A stretch of DNA of 64,000 nucleotides from Candidatus Daviesbacteria bacterium RIFCSPHIGHO2_02_FULL_36_13 (GTDB taxonomy: Bacteria; Patescibacteriota; Microgenomatia; Daviesbacterales; UBA10151), in the NCBI GenBank assembly GCA_001777015.1, contig MFCV01000044.1, positions 16,786 through 80,785 of the forward strand. The letters are read 5' to 3'. Made by a program: the position numbers and the translations under genes. The notes beneath the pieces were generated by a model, which saw nothing but the letters and a program-made list of their open reading frames with translations, did not search any database and was not told the DNA's origin. Below are positions 32,061 to 41,204 of the stretch, piece after piece. How positions within the stretch are numbered: position 1 is the first letter of the stretch; every line of letters begins with the position of its first letter.

Positions 32061-33752
32061 TCAAATACTGCTAACTGAAGCAGATGGGACGGCTGTAGCA
32101 GATGGAGCAACAGAAGTTTGAACTGGTTTGGAGATAGGGCCAGCAGTTGGTTCAGCATCATCTGAAGCTCCAAAATCAAATCTCATACAAGCCCAGTCAA
32201 AAGAGTTAACCAACCCATCATCATTGAAATCTCCTGGCTTATCACCTCCTGATCCAACAATTCTCCACTCACGGAGTAATTCTGATGCATCAGCTGAATT
32301 AATTTTGCCGTCCCCGCCATCCAAAGGAAAGATGTCCCCAACAGGCAATTTTACATTTGAAAGAATAGTTGTTCCGCGACCTGCATTAAACTCAATGACT
32401 TTTCTAACACTCTTAGGAGCCTCTAAACTTACTTTATAGCCTTGTCCTTCTACCAGCTTGGTATTAGTCATACCTTGCACTAAGCCCTTCTTATCTATAG
32501 AAACTGTAGATCTTACAATCTGACCCTTATCTTTTCCTTCAGCCAATATTAAGCTGACAGCATTGACTACAGAAGTTTGAGGTGCACGGCAGAAAAGTTT
32601 AGTTCCCAAAGATAGCTGAGATAGGGAAGAGCAGCTTCCTTCAACAGATAGTCCTTTTTTATCAGTTATTTTGATCTGGAATACCTGATCAGTAGGCTGA
32701 CCGGAAAGTACAGCTATAATACGTCCATCATCCCATCTTTCTAATTTTAAGGTTTGTAAATTAACATCTCCCATTTCAACTTTTCCGGTTTCTGCTCCAA
32801 ATCCATTTCCAACTCCAGCTTTGGGTAGAATCTCAAAAGTAACTCTGTCTGCTTTTGAGGTATCAACACTACATGAAGCAATGGATGGAACTGAGATAAG
32901 TTCAATGGTGGCACTGCAAGCCTGGGTTTGGTTGGTGCCGCATCCGCCCCACTTACCAGCGATATCCTTAAACATGACAAACACAAAATTAGCCCCAATC
33001 TTTGGATTTTGGAAAGTATAAGAGGTTATAAGATTGCCGCTTGCATCAACTGTATATGGCAATTCAGGAGCCAAATTTAATCCTTCAACTGTCTCAGAAA
33101 TTTTATAGGAAACAGTACTTAGCCCAGGTGGTGTAGATTGTCTGGTAACTGTGACTCTGGCAATTACTGTCTGATGCGAGGTTCCCTGATATAGCTTAAA
33201 CTCATAACTACTTCCTGGTTCAATCCAGGGAGCAACTTCGGAACCACTTGGATTTTGCCAAACCGGTCCAATGTCCGAAGCTCCGTCAATTGATACATAT
33301 ACTTGTCCTGCTGAACCATCACCGGTATTCCAGGTAATAGTGGTTGAACTATTAGTTGTAGGGTTAGGAGCTGCAGAAATTTTGTTGGTAGTGGAACCTC
33401 CTGTAACAGTTACACTTACTGAGTGAAGTTTGCTGGAACCTGAACATAAATCAAAAATATAACCCTGGGCATCTATCCAATTGGCTGTATATGTGCCGGT
33501 TGGTACACTAGCAGGATTTACTCCTGTACAATCAGCTTCTCCAGACCTATGGGCACGTACTGATACATTAGAGGCATTAGAGGTAGACCAGGTAATTATT
33601 GTTCCACAGTGAGTGGCACCAGCTCCACCAATTCCTAAGATACAGGGATTAGGGGAGGCAGTAATTGTACCCGTTGCAGCAGCATATACAGGAGTTACAA
33701 GTGTTATTAAAAAACTTATATAAACAAACAAACTTAAAAATATTTTTTTCAT
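32061..33752 (-). CDS. secreted beta-rich protein with C-terminal dockerin-like EF-hand pair
   Basis: signal peptide MKKIFLSLF (ATG 33752); GD...DGKINSAD...GDFNDDGLVNSFD duplicated Ca-loop. Confidence 0.7.
   Translation of the reverse strand: MKKIFLSLFVYISFLITLVTPVYAAATGTITASPNPCILGIGGAGATHCGTIITWSTSNASNVSVRAHRSGEADCTGVNPASVPTGTYTANWIDAQGYIFDLCSGSSKLHSVSVTVTGGSTTNKISAAPNPTTNSSTTITWNTGDGSAGQVYVSIDGASDIGPVWQNPSGSEVAPWIEPGSSYEFKLYQGTSHQTVIARVTVTRQSTPPGLSTVSYKISETVEGLNLAPELPYTVDASGNLITSYTFQNPKIGANFVFVMFKDIAGKWGGCGTNQTQACSATIELISVPSIASCSVDTSKADRVTFEILPKAGVGNGFGAETGKVEMGDVNLQTLKLERWDDGRIIAVLSGQPTDQVFQIKITDKKGLSVEGSCSSLSQLSLGTKLFCRAPQTSVVNAVSLILAEGKDKGQIVRSTVSIDKKGLVQGMTNTKLVEGQGYKVSLEAPKSVRKVIEFNAGRGTTILSNVKLPVGDIFPLDGGDGKINSADASELLREWRIVGSGGDKPGDFNDDGLVNSFDWACMRFDFGASDDAEPTAGPISKPVQTSVAPSATAVPSASVSSI
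33137..33218. repeat. 82-bp exact direct repeat, copy 1 (copy 2 at 33756-33837)
   Basis: identical DNA encoding PGSSYEFKLYQGTSHQTVIARVTVTRQ in two neighbouring genes. Confidence 0.9.
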
Positions 33753-33753
33753 A

Positions 33754-34644
33754 TTATTGTCTGGTAACTGTGACTCTGGCAATTACTGTCTGATGCGAGG
33801 TTCCCTGATATAGCTTAAACTCATAACTACTTCCTGGATTAATCCAAGGTGCAACCTCAGTACCAGTTTTATTTTGCCAAACCAGGAAATCTGTAGCTCC
33901 ATCAATAGATACATATACTTGTCCATCACCTTTAGCATCCCAAGTAATAGTGGTTGAACCATTAGTTGTTGGGTTAGGGGAGGCAGAAATAGTACCAGTA
34001 GTACTACCAGAACCACCACCAGAAGCTACGCCTTGAACAAATACCTTTGCAAGATGTGTATTACCTACACAAAGATGAAACCAGTAGCCGATAGCATCTA
34101 TCCAATTGGCTGATTGCGGACCATTAGTAGCGTTCCAAACTAAACCTCCAGTACAAACATCGGCATCATTTCTGTCATACTTTACATCAGCAGTTCCAGT
34201 ATTTGTAGTAGACCAGTTAATAGTGGCTTTGCAGTGAGTTTCATCAGCCCCACCTCCAACAGTTCCTAAGGTACAAGTAGAGGCAGTAATGGTACCAGTA
34301 GCAGTTCCAGGAGCTGTTGTTGGAGCAGTGGTTGGTGCAGTTGTTGGAGCAGTAGTGGGAGCTGGAATAAGTCCAAAAGGGGAGACAAGTTGTAATCCTA
34401 CTTTAGGATTGCCGTCTTTATCTAAAGTAAAGTACTTTGTTCCATCTGTTTTATCCTTAACATTTTCTCCTGTAAATGTAATTGGAGGAGCAGCAGCTCT
34501 GGATCTAAAAATTTGCTGTTTTTGAACAAGGGAAATTATTAAAGGTAGAGCGGTAATTATTATGCCCATCCCCAGCAGGGAAATTATGTTCCTTTTATTG
34601 CTAAAAAAACTACGTAGTTCGTCCATGGATGGATATATATCCAT
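33754..34644 (-). CDS. membrane-anchored surface protein with PTTA linker
   Basis: N-terminal TM then QQIFRSRAA, (APTT)n linker, two beta modules shared with the downstream gene. Confidence 0.75.
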   Translation of the reverse strand: MDIYPSMDELRSFFSNKRNIISLLGMGIIITALPLIISLVQKQQIFRSRAAAPPITFTGENVKDKTDGTKYFTLDKDGNPKVGLQLVSPFGLIPAPTTAPTTAPTTAPTTAPGTATGTITASTCTLGTVGGGADETHCKATINWSTTNTGTADVKYDRNDADVCTGGLVWNATNGPQSANWIDAIGYWFHLCVGNTHLAKVFVQGVASGGGSGSTTGTISASPNPTTNGSTTITWDAKGDGQVYVSIDGATDFLVWQNKTGTEVAPWINPGSSYEFKLYQGTSHQTVIARVTVTRQ

Positions 34645-34671
34645 AGTGAACTATAATAGGTAGCTTTGTCA

Positions 34672-34690
34672 ACTCCGATTGAATCGGAGT
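34672..34690. repeat. intergenic palindrome
   Basis: ACTCCGATT-G-AATCGGAGT. Confidence 0.6.
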
Positions 34691-34753
34691 CAACTATTTT
34701 CCGACATCCTATAATATTTGCTTGATTCTTTTAGACTTGATATAATCAATCCT

Positions 34754-35257
34754 ATGGCAGAACAATTAACTCAACTTGCTCAAGTATTTCTTAAAACTAA
34801 ACCCTCAGAGATTAAACCTCTTTATGAAAGTCCTACATGCACTGAATTGGAAAGAAATTTTAAAAGATTGCTTCTGGGCGGATTTCCTAATTTCAGGAAG
34901 TATCTACTTTGGCTGGAAACAAAATCTGGTCATAAACCTCTGGAGTTTTACCAAGGACCGGTTTGGGGTCTTCCAAAATGGACTTGTGGATCACCTCCTG
35001 ATGTTTACCAAACCGGACTTGTAAAAAACCCTTCTAATACAATAGTGGGTCACTCTGCAATAGGTCCCAGAAACGCAATTGTGGAAGTAAATGGCATCCT
35101 TTTTGCGGCTCTGGCTGATTTTGGAGGATTTGAGGTTACCAGACCTATCAGGGTTCCTTATAATGAAGAACTAAAACAGCCATTCCATGCATTACTTGCA
35201 GAAGTCACCCAACCTCTTCCCTTAGTAGAAAGCTTAAAGCCATATTTCCCATATTAG
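34754..35257 (+). CDS. hypothetical protein
   Basis: TGaTATAAT ends 7 nt before ATG 34754. Confidence 0.6.
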   Translation: MAEQLTQLAQVFLKTKPSEIKPLYESPTCTELERNFKRLLLGGFPNFRKYLLWLETKSGHKPLEFYQGPVWGLPKWTCGSPPDVYQTGLVKNPSNTIVGHSAIGPRNAIVEVNGILFAALADFGGFEVTRPIRVPYNEELKQPFHALLAEVTQPLPLVESLKPYFPY

Positions 35258-35489
35258 AGGATTAATATTGTACGACGTCGGAAACATATCTTAAAAATCC
35301 CTAAAAAATCTTCCTTATATATATAAACAAACTCCTGGCAAATTATAAAATAAAATTCTTTTAAAGGAAAAATAAAACTTCTAAGGGATGGCAGAATCAC
35401 AAGTAAATTAAAAACACCGCAGTCCAATGCAATCAAAGCAATTAAGAAGATTTTTGTGTAGATATTAATCAAAAATCTTCTCATAATGA

Positions 35490-36326
35490 GGCTTGAGAAT
35501 ATCTCTATGATTCAGTAATACTAGCCGAATGGTGCTTTGTGCATGGACAAGGTGTCTAATAAGACCATTTGTGCCTAGCCAGGCACGAGCCTCTACAATG
35601 CCCTAAAAACGGCTTGCCAGGGGACATAAGCACTAACTGGTCATCCAGAGTTTAGGGCTCTAGGAAGCCCTGAACTAGATGCTAGATATTAGAAACTAGA
35701 CGCTAGAAAAACAAACAAAAAATCAGTTGGGAATACAAAGAAATAGGCACAAATAAATGCAGTATAAAATCTGCTGGTTTAGCCATTAATTTAGCTCTAA
35801 GTTAGCCTTAGGTGCACTCCTCCAGTAACCACTTCCAGATCGTCGCATAAGATACATTGTGCGACATTAGGCGTATAGGGAAGTTCACCCTAGTAGAGAA
35901 TATACCGATGACTTAATAAATGTACAAGAGAACATAAAACACCTTTGTCTTCTGAATGATTCCTATTAAGATGCTTGTTCGGGAGGCACTCTCCTCCAAG
36001 AAGGGCTTCGTTAGGTTTCGGGAAACCTACGTCCTGTATTTTTCACGCTATTTAGCAATTATATACATCCCTTGCCAGAAGTGAGCGTGATAGATCTTAT
36101 GGTGATCAAGTTATTGATCACCTCAAGGCTTGCAGTGCACGAGCGTCAGCGAGAGCACGAAAGACTTATAGTTTTCCACATTCATGCCTGCCAACTACAT
36201 CATTCTATATCATTTCCCGCATGAGTACAGTATAACCCCATAGTTTTCACGGTTTCCTACTACTCTTTTCACACTCCTCCACTCTTGTCGTAGTTTGGAT
36301 TATTAAATCAAGCTAAACTCTCTCTT
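35490..36326. other. long non-coding, hairpin-rich region
   Basis: no ORF of 60 aa or more; at least 7 inverted repeats. Confidence 0.6.
35840..35867. other. candidate dif (Xer recombination) site
   Basis: 11-6-11 layout; minus strand ATGTCGCACAA TGTATC TTATGCGACGA versus E. coli dif GGTGCGCATAA TGTATA TTATGTTAAAT. Confidence 0.55.
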
Positions 36327-37109
36327 TTAGCCTGTCCAGGAGGTTGTTATCAGGCTAATAAGCAATACTACTGCCCCTATTCCTAAATACTCCCATACTA
36401 CCCTTTTTGTGGCTTTACCCCTTAAAACCTGTGTTGTTAAGCCTAAAAGTACATACATTGATGAAGAAAGAGATAAGGGCCAAATAGTTGTCAGCATAGG
36501 CCAGAAGGAAAAGGCTAACCCTAACTCCCCTAATATTAAACTTATGATAAAACTTTGAATTATGGTGGCTTGAGAAATTTTATCCTCCATTTCTAGGCTC
36601 CAAAGAACCTGCAGTGTTAGAGGAAAACTGACTAAGAAGACCAATACCCCATTCCATATAAATAAAAGATTAAAGGCATAAATAACATTATATAGAAAAA
36701 AGGCTGAAAGAAGAGTAAAAAGAAAGCTGGCAGTTGAGGCAGCCCTGTATAGAGGAATTGTTCTTATTGAGGCTACATTAAATACATTTTGAGCAAGTAA
36801 AAGAAGGTAAAAAGTCAGCCCAAATATAAAAGCCACAGGCAGTCTTGTTAGCCACCTAACTGGCAATAAAAAGTAAAAGCTGGAAACAGCCACTGTGAAA
36901 AAAGCAGGCAGAATCATTAAGACCAGAGCTTTGGTTTTGCTTAATCCCTCCCAGAGAGACCAAAGAGATAAAAGATAGGCTAAAACCCCCAAACCTCCAA
37001 TAAACCTAAACCTTAAATTAAAATCCACCATTTGGGTTGATAAAAGCCCCATGGTAAGAATTAAGGAGGTAATAATAATTTTTTGACGTTTGTTTAAGTT
37101 TAAATTCAT
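36327..37109 (-). CDS. multi-pass membrane protein of unknown function
   Basis: about 9 TM segments; NVFNVASIRTIPLYRAA loop. Confidence 0.75.
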   Translation of the reverse strand: MNLNLNKRQKIIITSLILTMGLLSTQMVDFNLRFRFIGGLGVLAYLLSLWSLWEGLSKTKALVLMILPAFFTVAVSSFYFLLPVRWLTRLPVAFIFGLTFYLLLLAQNVFNVASIRTIPLYRAASTASFLFTLLSAFFLYNVIYAFNLLFIWNGVLVFLVSFPLTLQVLWSLEMEDKISQATIIQSFIISLILGELGLAFSFWPMLTTIWPLSLSSSMYVLLGLTTQVLRGKATKRVVWEYLGIGAVVLLISLITTSWTG

Positions 37110-37110
37110 A

Positions 37111-37644
37111 TCACTTCGAAACCATTTTTAAGACATGACAAATAGCTATTGCTAAAGCATCTGTGGCATCATCTAAATGTCCGCCCTTCCAGGTTGCTTT
37201 AAGCTTATTTCTGCGTCGAAGAGATGTCCCTAAAAACTTCCTGACCCCATCATGAACCTGATTTTTATCAGCTCTGCCGGATCCTGCCACCATTAATTTT
37301 ACAGAAGGGCCTGTATATTCAAAAATAGGTATAGATCTTCTGCCTGCAGAAAGCATTATTACTCCCCTAGCCTGTCCTACAGAAATAGCAGTCCTGGTAT
37401 TGGCCCCAAAAAAAAGCATTTCTATAACAATCATATCAGGCTTATATTTATTAACTACAGCCTCCATGCCGTCATGCAGAACCACCAGCCTTTTGGTCAT
37501 TAAATCATCTTTTGAGGTAGATATATTTCCATAACCAATCAGCTCAATATCATACTTAAACTCCTTACCCAATATATCATCAGGTACTTTTATTACTCCA
37601 TATCCAGTTGTAGCAGTTCCAGGATCAATTCCTAAAATAATCAT
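37111..37644 (-). CDS. ruvC: Holliday junction resolvase
   Basis: ILGIDPG, IE..FF..N, GQARG, DDATDALAIAICH. Confidence 0.95.
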   Translation of the reverse strand: MIILGIDPGTATTGYGVIKVPDDILGKEFKYDIELIGYGNISTSKDDLMTKRLVVLHDGMEAVVNKYKPDMIVIEMLFFGANTRTAISVGQARGVIMLSAGRRSIPIFEYTGPSVKLMVAGSGRADKNQVHDGVRKFLGTSLRRRNKLKATWKGGHLDDATDALAIAICHVLKMVSK

Positions 37645-37681
37645 ATTAGCCCATCTTTAATATAAGAACCATTCGCTTCGC

Positions 37682-38473
37682 TCATGAACCTTCCCTTTCC
37701 TCTGATAAATTGTCGGAAAGGTTAAAATTGGCAAAGACTTTTTGGATATCATCCCTCTCTTCAAGTCTTTCTGTAAATGCTATTACCTTATCTAGCGTTT
37801 CTTTATCTTTAATTTCTACTAAAATAGTAGGCTTTCTAACCAACTCACTGCTTTCTATAGTATATCCAGCCTGAGTAATTTTTGTACCCACTTCGGTAAT
37901 TTTAGTTGCCTCAGTGTAAACTAAATAGTATTGTATTTTATTATAACTCGGAGAGTCATTTAGACTCTCCTCCTCCTCTACATCTTCAGCCCCCAAGTCT
38001 ATCAACTCCAGCATTTCTTCATCAACATTTCCATTTTTACTCTTTATTTTTATCTCTCCTAAACTTTTAAACATATACGACACAGCCCCTGTCCCTGCCA
38101 AAGCCCCTCCTGATTTATCAAATAAATTTTTTACTTCTGCAAGAGTTCTCAATCTATTATCTGTTACTGCTTCTATCATATATGCTACTTTGCCAGGTCC
38201 AAATCCTTCAAATAAAAGCTCCTCAATAGTTTGACCTGGGAGCTTTCCTAAGCCTCTGTCTATTGCCCTTTGTATATTTTCTTTGGGCATATTAACAGTT
38301 TTTGCTTCTTCCATGACCATCCGTAGTCTTGGATTATCATCAGGGTTGCCTGAACCACCTAATTTGGCAGCCAAGGTGATATTATTAGCCACCTTAGTAA
38401 AGGTAAGTCCCCTTTTGATATCTGCAACCCCTTTAGCTCGCTTAATAGTACTCCACTTACTGTGTCCGCTCAT
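37682..38473 (-). CDS. yebC: YebC/PmpR family protein
   Basis: MSGHSKWSTIKRAKG, NPRLR, NMPKENI, EGFGP, TDNRLRT. Confidence 0.95.
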   Translation of the reverse strand: MSGHSKWSTIKRAKGVADIKRGLTFTKVANNITLAAKLGGSGNPDDNPRLRMVMEEAKTVNMPKENIQRAIDRGLGKLPGQTIEELLFEGFGPGKVAYMIEAVTDNRLRTLAEVKNLFDKSGGALAGTGAVSYMFKSLGEIKIKSKNGNVDEEMLELIDLGAEDVEEEESLNDSPSYNKIQYYLVYTEATKITEVGTKITQAGYTIESSELVRKPTILVEIKDKETLDKVIAFTERLEERDDIQKVFANFNLSDNLSEEREGS

Positions 38474-38560
38474 GGCAGATATTTTAGCACATATTATTCC
38501 CCTAATATTGTACGAAACATTGACAAAGCATCCCTCTTCTCACTATACTTTGACACTTAG

Positions 38561-39292
38561 ATGGACAACAACCCCGCCTCTTCCAACCTTTCCCAGCTAG
38601 CTATTGATGCAGCTTTAGATTCCAGATGGGGAGAAGCTCTTAAATATAATAAACAGATAATAAAGCTTGATCCTCAAAATGTTGATGCCTTAAACCGCCA
38701 GGCTAGAGTTTATATGGAAATGGGAAAATTTAATCTTTCAAAAAAGTATTATGGAGAAGTTATCAGAATTGATCCATATAACCCAATTGCCCAAAAAAAC
38801 TTAAAAATAATCAAATCTTTTAAACCCAATGGTCAAAATGGATTGGCTCACAATGTTTTCTCAAAACTTTCCCCTACTCTTTTTCTACAGGAACCTGGCA
38901 AAACAAAAATTGTTAATCTTTTAAAAGTTTGTGAGCCTCAAAAACTATCTAAAGCTTTTTGTGGAATGAAAGTAAATATGATTATTAAAAACCGGAGGAT
39001 TACAATTGTTGATGAAGGAGGCAGTTATTTGGGAGTCTTACCGGATGATGTCAATTATTCCCTTTTAAGACTAATCAAAGGGGGGAATAAGTTTGACTTG
39101 TTTGTCAAATCTATCAGAGTAAATTCTTTGGCTGTTTTAATAAAAGAAACATACAGGTCAAAAAGATTTAAAAACCAGCCTTCATTTTTGGAAAATTCCA
39201 ATGCTACCTTAACTACAGATATTTTAACTTCTCTTGATCAGGATGATAGTGATGGTGAACCTGAAGATGGTGAAGAAGAACAAACTGTTTAA
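38561..39292 (+). CDS. tetratricopeptide repeat protein
   Basis: TPR-like helices (DPQNVDALNR, DPYNPIA), FLQEPGKTK, acidic tail. Confidence 0.8.
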   Translation: MDNNPASSNLSQLAIDAALDSRWGEALKYNKQIIKLDPQNVDALNRQARVYMEMGKFNLSKKYYGEVIRIDPYNPIAQKNLKIIKSFKPNGQNGLAHNVFSKLSPTLFLQEPGKTKIVNLLKVCEPQKLSKAFCGMKVNMIIKNRRITIVDEGGSYLGVLPDDVNYSLLRLIKGGNKFDLFVKSIRVNSLAVLIKETYRSKRFKNQPSFLENSNATLTTDILTSLDQDDSDGEPEDGEEEQTV

Positions 39293-39296
39293 AAAA

Positions 39297-39953
39297 TTAG
39301 ATAGTTAAAAGATGCAAAATATCTTTTGAGGCTAAAAGACTGCTGGTATCTTTAGTAAAACTCCTTTTTTGATAAGCTCCTACAGTTTGAGTATTAGATG
39401 CTTTCGGAAGTTTATTCAACTGATCCCTCTCTTCTAAAACTTCTGTTAATTTTCTTCTTCTTAAAGGATCCTGAGAGATTAAAACAGCTCTTATTTGAAC
39501 CTGGAACATATTTTCTTTCCTGCCTAAAAGTATTAATTGCCACCAAAATTGCTCCAATTCATCCAACTTTGGAAATTTTTTGAAATAATTTTTCCCTTTT
39601 CCCAAAGCTTCCCATGAAGAAACTAAATTCATATCACAATTTGTATATTCCTCAATTTCCACCAATCCCAAAACTTCCTGATATTTGGGTGCTAAAATAG
39701 CTGGGGCATAAAAAACCAAAGCTCCCTTTTCCCCTTTAATAAGTCTCTCAAAACTAAAAGCCAAACCTGAAGACAAAGAGTCTTCATAGATTGAATCCAA
39801 AAGTTTTTTGTTTACTTGTTGAGGCAATCTCACTAAATATGAGTTATATTTTTCAATTTCTTCAGGAATTTCTTCAAAATCCCTCATGGATTTGGCTGCC
39901 AGTACAAAAGATAAAGCTACAACCAGCAAAAAAAGTATTATCCATATAATCAT
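39297..39953 (-). CDS. hypothetical membrane-anchored protein
   Basis: N-terminal TM; coupled to the upstream gene. Confidence 0.65.
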   Translation of the reverse strand: MIIWIILFLLVVALSFVLAAKSMRDFEEIPEEIEKYNSYLVRLPQQVNKKLLDSIYEDSLSSGLAFSFERLIKGEKGALVFYAPAILAPKYQEVLGLVEIEEYTNCDMNLVSSWEALGKGKNYFKKFPKLDELEQFWWQLILLGRKENMFQVQIRAVLISQDPLRRRKLTEVLEERDQLNKLPKASNTQTVGAYQKRSFTKDTSSLLASKDILHLLTI

Positions 39954-40885
39954 AATGAATTAAAATAATCTTCACCCAGGAATAAATTAATCTGGGCACG
40001 AGGTGAGGCTAAATCCTCCAATTGAGGATCAATTGTACCACTGCTACTAAAGATTTGCTTTAAATTGTCCAAAGTTTTGGATGCCTCGCCTAAAATAGCA
40101 GTTTTTTCAATTTTAATTTCACTATTTGAGATAATAATCACATCCCCACCTATGTTAGCAATCAGTCTGGCAGCTTTTTGTGCTATACCGGAATGGGAGG
40201 TGGCATTAAAAACAGCAATTGTTTTTCTTTCTGTTTTAATTTCAGGATCAGCAAATCTTTCAGAAAGAGAATCCAACCTGACAGGATCAGAGGTCAAAAC
40301 TTCTGTTCCATCAGCCAGTTTAGAACCATCCAAAAGCCCCATTTCTTCCAGATTAAGAGTAGTTATTTTATCAAACCTGACAGCTGAAATTCCCATTTTA
40401 AGCCTTAATACTTCAAAAGGAGTCAGGTTAGTTTTAAACTGGGATAGAATACTGAAATTTGAAAGAGGATTTTTATCTGTCAGAGATGCTAAGGTCGCAT
40501 TATCCAAAAATCCAGCTAAAGGTATGCCAAAAAAAGAAGAAATAGACTCTGACAGCAGTTCCCCTCCTCCCAAAGCAAAAACAGACCCGACTCTCCAACT
40601 GCCATAACCCCCTGGAACCTCCAAATATAACTTCTCTGGAATCTCCACCACAGTTACTTTTTCATCTTTAGGATTATATGAAAGCAGTTTTAAAGAATCA
40701 GACTTTAAAACTACATTAATATTAGAATCCCCATTCCAGTTAGATTGTTTGCCAAAAAGCATTTGAGTAAATTTAAGAGCCTGGGCAAAAAGAAGAAGAA
40801 CTATCACCAAACCTAAAACTGCAACAGCTAATTTAATTTTTTTAGCAGTATTTTTATTTGATTGAGCAATTTTCCAGGTGGGCAT
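39950..40885 (-). CDS. LCP/LytR-like envelope protein with LytR C-terminal domain
   Basis: TM anchor; IAVFNATSHSGIAQKAARLIANIG...LFLGEDY. Confidence 0.7.
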   Translation of the reverse strand: MPTWKIAQSNKNTAKKIKLAVAVLGLVIVLLLFAQALKFTQMLFGKQSNWNGDSNINVVLKSDSLKLLSYNPKDEKVTVVEIPEKLYLEVPGGYGSWRVGSVFALGGGELLSESISSFFGIPLAGFLDNATLASLTDKNPLSNFSILSQFKTNLTPFEVLRLKMGISAVRFDKITTLNLEEMGLLDGSKLADGTEVLTSDPVRLDSLSERFADPEIKTERKTIAVFNATSHSGIAQKAARLIANIGGDVIIISNSEIKIEKTAILGEASKTLDNLKQIFSSSGTIDPQLEDLASPRAQINLFLGEDYFNSL

Positions 40886-40977
40886 AAAAATTCTGCTCTA
40901 TATATAGTTTAACTAATACCTACTTGACCATGCAATAGCTCTCAGGCTAAACTTGTATAAAGGAGGTGATTTATATT

Positions 40978-41202
40978 ATGGACGATTCTCAACAAGGAGG
41001 AACAGGCGGTGGTGCTCCAACAGATGCACCGGCTACAGATCAACCAGTTGTTGATCCTAACGCTACACCAGTAGCAGAAGAAACTCCTGCTCCAGAAGCT
41101 ACACCAGAAGCTAACCCAGAAGCTACACCTGATACAGGTAGCGGCGATGCTGGAAATGGTGGAATGGGTGGCGGCGACCAAGGTGGTCAACCTACTGTTT
41201 AA
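40978..41202 (+). CDS. small acidic low-complexity protein
   Basis: AAGGAGGTG SD upstream, PEAT/PEAN repeats, downstream terminator. Confidence 0.7.
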   Translation: MDDSQQGGTGGGAPTDAPATDQPVVDPNATPVAEETPAPEATPEANPEATPDTGSGDAGNGGMGGGDQGGQPTV

Positions 41203-41204
41203 AA

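Noticed and set aside
33137-33837. second TR/VR pair
   Set aside because: The 82-bp copies are identical, and flanking differences are not adenine-specific and include indels.
35254-35484. 76-aa minus-strand ORF
   Set aside because: Very AT-rich and F/I/L-biased with no recognisable motif; likely spurious, though not excluded.
36012-36029. parS site
   Set aside because: GTTTC-GG-GAAAC has a 2-nt centre, not the 4-nt centre of TGTTTCACGTGAAACA.
35490-36326. tmRNA, RNase P RNA or oriC
   Set aside because: No tRNA-like ends or T-loop; the ATAAATGCA resume-like motif hits a stop after two codons; no RNase P core motifs; only one DnaA-box-like 9-mer.
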